This document shows, in pieces, positions 49,510-60,836 of a stretch of 64,000 nucleotides of DNA (its first letter is position 1; every line of letters starts with the position of its first letter). The notes below the pieces were generated by a model. It searched no databases, had not been told where the DNA came from, and saw only the letters and a program-made list of their open reading frames with translations. The stretch lies in the NCBI RefSeq assembly GCF_044704955.1, contig NC_091988.1:95914001-95978000 (forward strand), given 5' to 3'. The position numbers and the translations under genes are program-made. Source of the stretch: Pristiophorus japonicus (lineage: Eukaryota).

Positions 49510-51264
49510 CCTGGAGTGACCTCAAGCGAGCTATCCCCTCCCCTCCTCTCCCCTCAGCCCCCAAATCAAGACTTGTATATAGCCAAGCCGCAAACCAGCT
49601 TACCCATATACATGAGTAGAATGGACCACACCGGGCATTTAAAATGTGGAGTACAAGCACAGTGTGACTGACACAAAGCTATGAACAAGACTGCCATCTG
49701 ATTTTTAGACCTTTTATTGTGCGGTAAATTTTCAATGTTTCTTCACCTTTTCTCTTTCTTGGACCAAACAATTTGCTTTTTCAATTCACCTGAAGTAAAG
49801 ATCCCCTTGCACAGCAAGGTCCCAGAATCTGTCCTCCATCGGTGTGGTGAATTAGCTAACCTCAACATTGGGCAGCAGTAGGTGGTAGTGTGCACCGGTG
49901 AGCTCGAGAGGACAAAGTCAGCCAGGGAATCCAGAGGGTGACTAGTACAGTGGTTAGAATGTGGAACTCACTGCCACGGGGAGTGGTTAAGGTGAATAGC
50001 TTGGATGCAATGAAGGAGAAGCTAGATAAGTACATGAGGGATAAAGAAAGACTTGCATTTATATAGCGCCTTTCATGACCACTGGACGGCTCAAAGTGCT
50101 TTACAGCCAATGAAGTACTTTTGGAGTGTAATCACTGTTGTAATGTGGGACATACTGATGAAATAGTTTAGAGCATAAACACCAGCATGGACCAGTTGAG
50201 CCGAATGGCCTGTTTCTGAGCTGTACATTCTATGTAGTAGCTCAGGGTGGCGTAGACCTTGAGCAGTAGTCTTGAGAAACCAGCTTGCAGTTAGTTTCAC
50301 AACTGAAGATCTTTTACTTTGCCCTGCTGCTCTCCGATGACTAAATGCTTAATGGGGAAAGGCTTTATCGATTAAACTTTTTATTTAAAAAAAAAATGAA
50401 ATCTCTGGTAACTGACGGACAGATGCTGATTACACAGCCGCACTTGTCACGGGTCAGTTGTACACGGTGCACCAGCCCTGTGTCACATAAGGAAAGGCAG
50501 AACTGTGTGCTTTTATTGGATATAAACTGGCAGAGCCTGGAAGATGGCAACCAATCAGACCTTCAGCTGAAAATTTCTGGGTGAAAATTGACATTTTATT
50601 TTGATGAAAATTAATGGTTGTGACACTTTGGAGCAAAACAAAATATACAGGTTTTTATTAACCAAAAGCTAAATGAAAGTTCTGCACTTCAGTTACATTA
50701 ATAGCAGAATGAGGTTGTTTGGTGGCTGGTGGTGATTAGATTGTGGGAAAGCCTTTAATGCAATTCGGGCTTACTATTTTATAGGCCTCACTGCCTCTCC
50801 ACAAGAGGGAGAAGGGTGAGAGGTGTGCCCTGAAAATAATAGGAACAGGAGTAGACTATTCAGCCCCACTCTGCCATTCAATTAGATCATGGGGAAGAGT
50901 TCCAGATTTTCATTGTCCTTTGTGTGAAGCGGTGCTTCCTGACATCACCCTTAAACGGCCTAGCTCTAATTTTATTATGCCCCAATGTTCTGGTCTCCCC
51001 CACCAAAGGAAATAGTTCCTCTATCTACTCTATCAAGCCCTTTAATGTACAAATGTTCGAATTGGCAGCCAAGTTTGTGTTCTTCACCTACAACTTGCTG
51101 TTCACTTTAAATCAGGCTCCTAACTGAAAACAATGTCTTCTTTCTCAAACCCCCCCCCCCCCACCAATTTTCTCCTCTCCTGAAGGTTGCATAGTATTTA
51201 CAGCACAGAAGCAGACCATTCGGCCTAACCGGTCTATGCTGCACTAGTCTCCTCCCACCCTTGT

Positions 51265-51705
51265 GTGTCAGCTGTGGCTCAGTGGGCAGCACACTTGCCT
51301 CTGAATCAGAAGGTTGTGGGTTCAAGTCCCGCTCCAGGGAGTTGAGCACAAAAAAAATTCAGGCTGACACTCCAGTGCAGTGCTGAGGGAGATGTTAAAC
51401 TGAGGGCCCCGTCTATCTCAGGTGGATGTAAAAGATCCCATGGCACTATTTTGAAGACGAGTAGGGGAGTTATTCCCAGTGTCCTGACCAACATTTGTCC
51501 CTCAATCATCGTAACAAAAAGCAGATTATCTGGCCGTTAACACATTGCTGTTTGTGGGAACTTGCTTTTGTGCAAATTGGCTGCCGCGTTTCCTACATTG
51601 CAACAATGACTACACTCCAAAAGTACTTCATTGACTGTAAAGCGCTTTGAGACGTCCAGTGGTTGTGAAAGGCGCTATATAAATCCAACTGTTTATTTCT
51701 TTCTT
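51265..51705 (+). mobile_element. Deu-core SINE nested in a minus-strand CR1 (~51190-52530)
   Basis: Complete tRNA head, core and tail, flanked by CR1 3' sequence. Confidence 0.78.
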
Positions 51706-52714
51706 TTCTCTAACCCCATCAGCATATCCTTCTATTCCTTTCTCGTCTTTATCTAGCTTCCCCTTTATTGCATCTATGCTATTTCTACTCCTTGTGTTCC
51801 ACATTCTAACCACTCTGGCTAAAGGAAGTTTTTTCGGGACTCCCTATTTTATTTATTAGTGACTATCTTACATTTATGGCCCCTAGTTTTGGTCTCCCTA
51901 TCAAACCCTTTCATAATCTAGACCTCTATTAGGTCACCGCTCAGTCTTTTTTCAAGAGTAAAGAGCCCCAACGTGTTCAATCTTTCCTGATCAGTATAAC
52001 ATCTGTTCTGGTATCCTAGTAAATCTTTTTTGTATCTTCTCCAGTGCCCCTACATCCATTTTGTAATATGGAGACCAGAACTGGTCACAGTACAGGCACT
52101 TCAAAATGTGGTTTAACCAAGTTTCTTGCCAGGTTTAACACAACTTCTCTGTTTTTCAATTCTATCCCTCTAGAAATTAACTCCAGTGCTTTTTAATGGC
52201 ATCACTACTTTTACTGATTTGTGTATTTGTACTCCCAGATCCCTCTGCCCGTCTACACCATTTAGACATACTTTCCAAGGTGTATGTGGTCTCTTTATTT
52301 TTCCTACCAAAATATACCACCTCACACTTACCTATACTAGTTCATTTGCCAATACACGCCCATTCTTCAAGTTTATTAATGTCTTCCTGTACCTTATTGC
52401 AGTCCTTCTCTGACTGTACCCCCTCCCAATTTGGTGTCGTCTGCAAATTTTGACGTACTTCCGATTTGAGTCCAAATCATTTATGTAAATATGAACAGCA
52501 CTGGTACTTGTGGAACACCAATTCCCACCTTTTACCTTGTGGCTTGCTGTGTTTTATTTTCCAGCCTGTGGCACAGGTACCAGTTGTTCCCACGCTCCCC
52601 CAGTACTTTCACATAAGTGACTGTATGAACCCAGACCACTAATGTCAGCAAGGTATTTAACCATGGAATCCATCATGGCTTATCCTAACTGCCCGGAGTG
52701 CTGAGGCCAGTAGT

Positions 52715-54097
52715 AACACCCCGACTGACACAGCACCCGAGATCACCCTGACTGGCACAGCACCCGAGAACACCCCGACTGGCACAGCACTCGAGAACAC
52801 CCCGACTGGCACAGCACCCGAGAACACCCCGACTGGCACAGCACCCGAGAACACCCCGACCGGCACAGCACCCGAGAACACCCCGACCGGCACAGCACCC
52901 GAGATCACCCCGACTGGCACAGCACCCGAGATCACCCCGACTGGCACAGCACCCGAGAACACCCCGACCGACACAGCACCCGAGATCACCCCGACCGACA
53001 CAGCACCCGAGATCACCCCGACCGGCACAGCACCCGAGAACACCACGACCGACACAGCACCCGAGAACACCACGACCGACACAGCACCCGAGAACACCAC
53101 GACCGACACAGCACCCGAGATCACCCCGACCGGCACACCACCCGAGAACACCCCGACCGACACAGCACCCGAGAACACCACGACCGACACAGCACCCGAG
53201 AACACCACGACCGACACAGCACCCGAGATCACCCCGACCGGCACAGCACCCGAGAACACCCCGACTGGCACAGCACCCGAGAACACCCCGACCGACACAG
53301 CACCCGAGAACACCACGACCGACACAGCACCCGAGATCACCCCGACTGGCACAGCACCCGAGAACACCCCGACCGACACAGCACCCGAGAACACCACGAC
53401 CGACACAGCACCCGAGAACACCACGACCGACACAGCACCCGAGATCACCCCGACCGGCACACCACCCGAGAACACCCCGACCGACACAGCACCCGAGATC
53501 ACCCCGACCGGCACACCACCCGAGAACACCACGACCGACACAGCACCCGAGATCACCCCGACCGGCACAGCACCCGAGAACACCACGACCGACACAGCAC
53601 CCGAGATCACCCCGACCGGCACACCACCCGAGAACACCCCGACCGACACAGCACCCGAGATCACCCCGACCGACACAGCACCTGAGATCACCCCGACTGG
53701 CACACCACCCGAGAACACCCGACCGACACAGCACCCGAGAACACCCCGACCGGCACAGCACCCGAGAACACCCCGACCGGCACACCACCCGAGAACACCC
53801 CGACCGGCACACCACCCGAGAACACCCCGACCGGCACACCACCCGAGAACACCCCGACCGGCACAGCACCCGAGAACACCCCGACCGACACAGCACCCGA
53901 GAACACCACGACCGACACAGCAGCCGAGATCACCCCGACCGGCACACCACCCGAGAACACCACGACTGACACAGCAGCCGAGATCACCCCGACTGGCACA
54001 GCACCTGAGATCACCTGCGGCTGGCACAGCACCCGAGATCATCCCGACTGGCACAGCTCCCGAGATCATCCCGACTGGCACAGCTCCCGAGATCACC
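52715..54097. repeat. 27-bp CpG-rich minisatellite, ~50 copies (CACCCCGACCGGCACAGCACCCGAGAA)
   Basis: Directly visible. The long minus-strand ORFs (479 and 403 aa) arise because the unit is nine stop-free codons. Confidence 0.97.
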
Positions 54098-54682
54098 TGC
54101 AGCTGAGCCTCACTAAACTGGAACCACGGTCTTTATAACACACGGCTTGCTATGAATTTTTGGCATCATTTTATTGTAAACGCTACCTGTTTTTAAGATA
54201 CTCTGCATCTGTGATATCTGTACAGTGAACCCTTGTATATATTTTGTATGTAATATCTGAACACAAGGTCATTAAATGTATGCACACACGTGTTGCAGTG
54301 GTGAGGTCCTTCTAACAAAGTCTGTGAGCGCAGGGTGTTGATATGTTAATTAATCACAATCATCATGACAGCAGAGAGACTGGTTGGTCTCAGTGCCCTT
54401 GGGATACAGAGGGACAATTCGCCCTACTTTAATTACCGCTGCTGTACACTATCCAGTGACTGGCGGGAGAGTCTGCATGTGTCGACACGGTGTGAGGCTA
54501 GCATCAGGCTTGCTTGTGATGTCATCTTTAGAATCGCTTGACAATGCTAACTATCCAGGATCACACCTGAAGGATGAGGTGCCAGATTACGACCACTTGT
54601 GTGGTACCGTAACCCAGCATGATAATGGCATCTTCAAGCAAGAGAAGGGGAAAGTGGGAATATAAACATTGTCTATTCTCAC

Positions 54683-57600
54683 TGTTGTGTATGTATATAT
54701 CCTGTACACTCAATGTACAGTTACATAAGATCATTGAATGTATCTTTACACTGTATACACTATGCCTGTACCACCAGAGGGTGCAAATGGTGGAGACCTA
54801 GGGGTCACCTGTCCACTGCAGGTAACCAAGTATAAAAGGGAGCTCACCTTACTGTATCTTCATTCAGGAGCTGCAATAAATGGACTAAGGTCACAACAGT
54901 TCAAGTGCAATAACTTACCTCTTATAGACACAACATTTGGTGATGAGAATACGAATTTCCACACGAAAAATGGCTAACCTTGGCAACTTTCAACAATTTG
55001 CTGATGGTAAAGATTGGGATACCGTTGTGGAAAGGTTAGAACACTACTTCATTGCGAATAACCTGGCTGGGACCACACTGACCTCGCTGGCTGATAAGTG
55101 CCGAGTTATCCTGCTCAGCAGTTGTGGGCCCACTGTTTATGGCCTTGTCAGGGACTTGCCAGAGAAGACGACAATGAAAACGTTCGCGGAGCTCATAACG
55201 TTGATACAGGAACAGTTCAATCCTAAAGAGAGCATCCTAACAGCCAGACAACGGTTCTACACACACCGGTGGCACAAAGGCCAAGAAATCGCAAAATATG
55301 CTGCAGACCTGAGACGATTGGCTGTACTGTGTGATTTTGCCGACCACCTCACCGAAGCACTGAGGTACATATTTGTTATTGGAATCAGCCATGCCCATGA
55401 AGGACTCCTCCACAGGTTGTTCTCTGCGGACATCACGGTCACTCTGCAGAAGGCAATTAACGTGAGCCAAGCGTTCATGGCCTTGGCCTGCGATTCCAGA
55501 AGGATGATGACTCAACCCCAGGACTCTATAATGGCAAGTACAGTGAACCAAATGGCGCCTTTAAGAGGCAAAACTGTGACCCTGAGCCCCACGACCATGA
55601 GTCCGCCGCAGGGGGCCGACCGGCCAGCTCCATGCTGGCGTTGTGGAGGAAATCACAGAGCCCACCAGTGCCGGTACTGAGACTATACTTGCAAAGGCTG
55701 TAACACTAAAGGCCATCTCCAGCGAATGTGTAAACAAAATTTTACTCACCGAGTCGCTGATGGTTGGCCAATCACCCGGCTCCAGCGCTGATGAAGCTGA
55801 AGAGCAAGTCCAGGAGGCAGCTCAGCCTCAGGAAGAGGTATACGGAGTGTTTACCTGCTTCACCGAGAGTTCCATGTTGAAAATAGAAGTTGAAATCAAC
55901 AGTGTTCCAGTCTCGATGGAGGTTGACACGGGCGAGCCAATCGCTGATGAACCAGTCGAGAAACTCTGGGACACTCCCTATCGAACAACCCAAAATGCTC
56001 CCAATCCAGGTGAAGCTGCTCACTTACACAAACGACACCATCCCAGTCGTTGGCAGCATGGATGTCCAGATGTCCTACAGCGGCGCGATGCACAAGTTAC
56101 CTTTGTGGATCGTTGCTGGTGATGGTCCAACGCTGCTAGGAAGAAGATGGATGAAACAAATCCAAATCTGTTGGAGCTGGGAAAGCCTCCAGGCCCCGGC
56201 GATCGACGTCCTATGCAGCCACAAATTTGGATCCATCGCAGCACCTGAAGATCCAACCGTCCAACTCGACTACGCGGCGATGACACAGACCGCACTACCC
56301 AACGGCGAGATGATCCAACCCGAACGACCAGACTTCACCTTCAGGGCTCCTGTGGCAGGACTCCGAAGGAAGAAGATCGATGCAGAAGATAAATTCCCGG
56401 CTTCAGTGGCAGAACCTGGGGAGAAAAGTATCACCTCAGCCTACCTCGTGGAGAGAAAGAAGATGGCGCCCGCACCACGAGGTGAAGCGTCTGAAATCAA
56501 GATGGCCGCAACCAGACCACGATGGGCAGCGTTGAGGGAGCAACACGCGATGCCGAGCAGTGAATTGGATTGGGGTAAAGATTACAAGGCCCTCTTAAAG
56601 AGGACCGGAACCCAGAACTTTTTGTACAGCAATGCCGGTGATACTAATGTAAGAAATGTAATTAACAAATATAAGTATTTAAATGTACCACTGAAAAACG
56701 ATGCCGGTAGAATACGTGGAAAAGATGTAAGTGATGAATACAAGTATCTAAATGTAATATTGTACAGCGATGCCGGTAATATACAGGGAAAATATGTAAT
56801 TGAGGGAAAAGATGTAATTGACAAATGTGAATTAGTACCTGAGTGAGATCAGAGCCAATGTATCATGAGGTAAACGATGGAATAATGTGTGATGCCGGGT
56901 TCAATATGCACGCCGACAAAACCAAGGGCAACCTCCCGTTTGAAGCACCCAGGTCCAGCGGGCCACCCGATCATGTAGCCTGTGCCTCCGGGACCAATGT
57001 GATGCCCCAGGGAGTGTGGCCTCACACAGTGGGAGCATACCCACTGCAGGGCCAGTGATTAGCGGATGGCACAGGCACCACTACTGGCACCCTGCCCCAG
57101 ATTGGCCCTACCTCTCTGGCCATCAGGGCCAGCACTGGGAGCAAGAGGCCAGAACCCTCCAGCCCTCCCGACAGGACCTGGGCTGACCAGGCTCCCACTA
57201 CCGCTGAAGGGCAACAGGGAGACCCTGCAGCCCTCAAAGGAGGACAGGGAGGCTACACATTCCTGTGGCTCTGCCCACCACTGGGCAACGACAAAGGCCC
57301 TGAGACCCAGCCAGGGGAGTGATCTGAACCCACCCAGGTGGCAGGGGCTCAGTGCCACCATCAGACAACCTGGACACAGCCCGGTTACTCTGGAACTAGC
57401 ATCCTCACCCACCTGCACCTACATCCCAGAGGCAAGACTGTAACCTTACCTGTCCTATGTACTTGTTCCACTTCTGCAAGACCCAAACAGTGATGTAACC
57501 AATCTTACTCTTTTTTTTCCATTCTCTGTACATGCAGATGTCAAGCCACACACATGTTCTATGTATGGGGGGGGGGGGGAGAAATGGGGGTTTGTAGCCA

Positions 57601-58096
57601 TGGACACACATGAATCACACCCAGAACCCACTCAAACCCTCATTGCAACTTCCAACCATCCACTGCTGACCATTTTCCAATGTTGTGGCAATAAGGACTT
57701 GGGGATCCACAGGGAGAGAGCCATTCCCAAGCACAGACAAAGTGCAAGGGCTTTGGGCACTCAAGTCGAGGGCCAGAGCACCCAGTGCAAAGGCCAGTGG
57801 CACAAAACTTAGGGGGGAGTGATGTTGTGTATGTATATACCCTGTACACTCAATGTACAGTTACATAAGGCCACTGAATATATCTTTACACTGTATACAA
57901 TATATCTGTACCATCAGAGGGTGCAACTGGTGGAGACCTAGGGGTCACCTGCACACTGCAGGTAACCAAGTATAAAAGGGGGCTCACCTTACTGTAACCT
58001 CATTCAGGAGCTGCAATAAATGGACTAAGGTCACAACAGTTCAAGTGTGATACCTTACCTCGTGGAGTCATTACTAGAGTGCTTACAGACGCAACA
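54683..58096 (+). mobile_element. Gypsy (Mag-like) LTR element 1: gag-protease only, no pol
   Basis: LTRs TG...CA at 54683-54935 and 57823-58096, with TATAAAA and AATAAA. PBS TGGTGATGAG, PPT AGGGGGGAG at 57811-57819, and TSD CTCAC/CTCAT. Confidence 0.92.
54970..56846 (+). pseudogene. Disrupted gag-protease ORF of LTR element 1, with a non-pol C-terminal extension
   Basis: DWDTVVERLEHYFIAN Gag N-terminus; knuckles CWRCGGNHRAHQC and CKGCNTKGHLQRMC; protease MEVDTG and GPTLLGRRW. In-frame TGA at 55678-55680 and later frameshifts. Confidence 0.88.
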
Positions 58097-58229
58097 CTCA
58101 TTATCATCCAGCCACGGCAAAAAATGAAAGTTGATGGAAGCGTGATGGTGCAGTGGTCAGATTGGCACTAAGCTCTAGGTTAGGAGGGCTGGCAGTGATC
58201 CTGTCACTTGACCAATCTGGGTTACAAGG

Positions 58230-58872
58230 AATCTGACACTGACCCGTCTCAAGGTCAGCAGGGTCCAACACTTACCCTGACCAGTCTCAGAGTTAGGAGG
58301 ATCTGACACTGACCAGTCTCTGAGCGATGAGGGTCTGACACTAATCAGCCTCTGGGTTAAGAGAGTCTGATACTGACCAGACTCTGGGTTAAGAGAGTCT
58401 GATACTGATCAGTCTCTGGGTTAAGAGGGTCTGATACTGACCAGTCTCTGGGTTAAGAGGGTCTGATACTGACCAGTCTCTGGGTTAAGAGTGTCTGATA
58501 CTGACCAGTCTCTGGGTTAAGAGTGTCTGACACTGACCATTCTCTGGGTTAAGAGGGTCTGATACTGACCAGTCTCTGGGTTAAGAGAGTCTGATACTGA
58601 CCAGACTCTGGGTTAAGAGAGTCTGATACTGACCAGACTCTGGGTTAAGAGGGTCTGATACTGACCAGTCTCTGGGTTAAGAGGGTCTGATACTGACCAG
58701 TCTCTGGGTTAAGAGTGTCTGATACTGACCAGTCTCTGAGCGATGAGGGTCTGACACTGACCAGTCTCTGGGTTAAGAGAGTCTGATACTGACCAGTCTC
58801 TGGGTTAAGAGGATCTGATACTGACCAGTCTCTGTGTTAAGAGAGTCTGATACTGACCAGTCTCTGGGTTAG
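58230..58872. repeat. 32-bp minisatellite, ~20 copies (GTCTGATACTGACCAGTCTCTGGGTTAAGAGA)
   Basis: Period of 32 (e.g. units at 58461 and 58493), degenerate at the left edge. Confidence 0.95.
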
Positions 58873-58879
58873 GGCTAAC

Positions 58880-60620
58880 ATAAAGGGGAGTCCAAAGGTC
58901 TGTAGGCATATTAATAGTAAACGAGTTGTCAGTGGAGCAGTGGGTCTGATTAGAGTACAACAAGGAGATCTATTAGAGGAGACATTAGGCATATCTGAGG
59001 TACTAAATTAATAATTTGCATCAGTGATGGTGCCAGAGGACTGGAGGATTGCAAATGTCACACCCTTGTTCAAAAAAGGGGAGAGGGCTAGAAACCTGGC
59101 AGTTACAGGCCAGTCAGTTTAACGGTGGTGGGGAAACTCATAGCATCAATAATCTGGGAGAAAGTTAGAAGCCACTTGGACAAGTATGAACTAATGTAGC
59201 AGAGCCAGCATGGATTTGTTAAGGGCAAATCATGTTTAAATTGATTGAGTTTTTTGATGAGGTAATAGAGAGAGTTAATGAGGGCAGTGTTGTTGATGTT
59301 ATGTATATGGACTTTCCAAAGGTGTTTGATACAGTACCACATAATAGGCTTGTTAGCAAAATTGAAGCCCATGGGATAAAAGGGGCAGTGACAGTGTGGA
59401 TACAAAATTAACTAAGGAATAGAAAGCAGATAATTGTGATGAATGGTTGTTTTTGTGACTGGAGGGAGGTATACAGTGGTGTTCCCCTAGGTTCAGTACT
59501 AGGAGCACTGCTGTTTTTGATATACGTTCATGACTTGGACTTGGGGTACAACATTTCTAAATTTGCAGATGACGCAAAACTTGGAAGTGTAGCAAACACT
59601 AAGGAAGATAGTAATAGAACTCCAGAGGAGATAGACTGTTAGAATGGGCGGACATGGCAGATGAAATACAATGCAGAAAAGTGTGAAGTGATACATTTTG
59701 GTAGGGGGAATGAGGGGAGACAATATAAGCTAAATTGTACAATTTTAAATGGGGTGCAAGAACAGGGAATCCTGGGGGTGTCTGTGCACAAATCTTTGAA
59801 AGTGGCAGGACAGGTTAACAAAGCAGTGTACATTTCTGTCTGGCCTAAAAATAAAACGGGGAAGGTGGCTCAACCGTGGCTAACAAGGGAAATTAGGGAT
59901 AGTGTTAAAACCAAGGAAGAGGCATATAAATTGGCCAGAAAAAGCAGCAAACCTGAGGACTGGGAGAAATTTTGAATTCAGCAGAGGAGGACTAAGGGTT
60001 TAATTAGGAGGGGGAAAATAGAGTATGAGAGTAAGCTTGCAAGGAACATAAAAACTGACAGCAAAAGCTTCTACAGATATGTGAATAAAAAAAGGTTAGT
60101 GAAGACAAATGTCGGTCCCTTGCAGTCAGAATCAGGTGAATTTATAATGGGGAACAAAGAAATGGCAGATCAATTGAAAAAATACTTTGGTTCTGTCTTC
60201 CTTAGGGGACTGAGGGTCTAGCGAGAAGGAGGAACTGAAGGAAATCCTTATTAGTCAGGAAATTGTGTTAGGGAAATTGATGGGATTGAAGGCCGATACA
60301 TCCCCAGGGCCTGATAGGCTGCATCCCAGAGTACTTAAGAAAGTGGCCCTAGAAATAGTGGATGCATTGGTCGTCATTTTCCAACATTCGATAGACTCTG
60401 GATCAGTTCCTACGGATTGGAGGGTAGCTAATCTAACCCCACTTTTTAAAAAAGGAGGGAGCGAGAAAACAGGGAATTATAGACCGGTTAGCCTGACATC
60501 GGGAGTGGTGAAAATGTTGGAATCAATTATTAAAGATGTAATAGCAGCGCATTTGGAAAACAGTGACAGGATCGGTCCAAGTCAGCATGGATTTATGAAA
60601 GGGAAATCATGCTTGACAAA
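58880..60620 (+). mobile_element. Two juxtaposed CR1 ORF2 fragments
   Basis: RT motifs GVPLGSVLG and KFADD up to ~59830, then a second fragment with PWLTREI, SPGPDRLHPRVLK, NYRPVSLTS and QHGF. Confidence 0.85.
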
Positions 60621-60836
60621 TAGAAACATAGAAACATAGAAATTTACAGCACAGAAGAAGGCCATTTTGGCCCATCGTGTCTGTGCCGGCCGACAAAGAG
60701 TCGCTCGTCCCTTTGTCAGCAGCCCTAAAGGTTAGATACAAACCCATGAACAATAACGGAAAGGCAAAGAGCACCCAGCCCAACCAGTCCGCCCCACAAC
60801 ACTGCAACACCCCTTATACTAAAAATATCTACACTC

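Noticed and set aside
51270-51340. tRNA genes at SINE heads (also near 340, 38900 and 48740)
   Set aside because: A/B-box-like heads run directly into the SINE core, and no complete cloverleaf is evident.
52657-54096. 479-aa and 403-aa minus-strand ORFs as protein genes (keratin-associated or Cys/Gly-rich-like)
   Set aside because: They consist entirely of the 27-bp repeat, several frames are open simultaneously, and there is no promoter or splice context.
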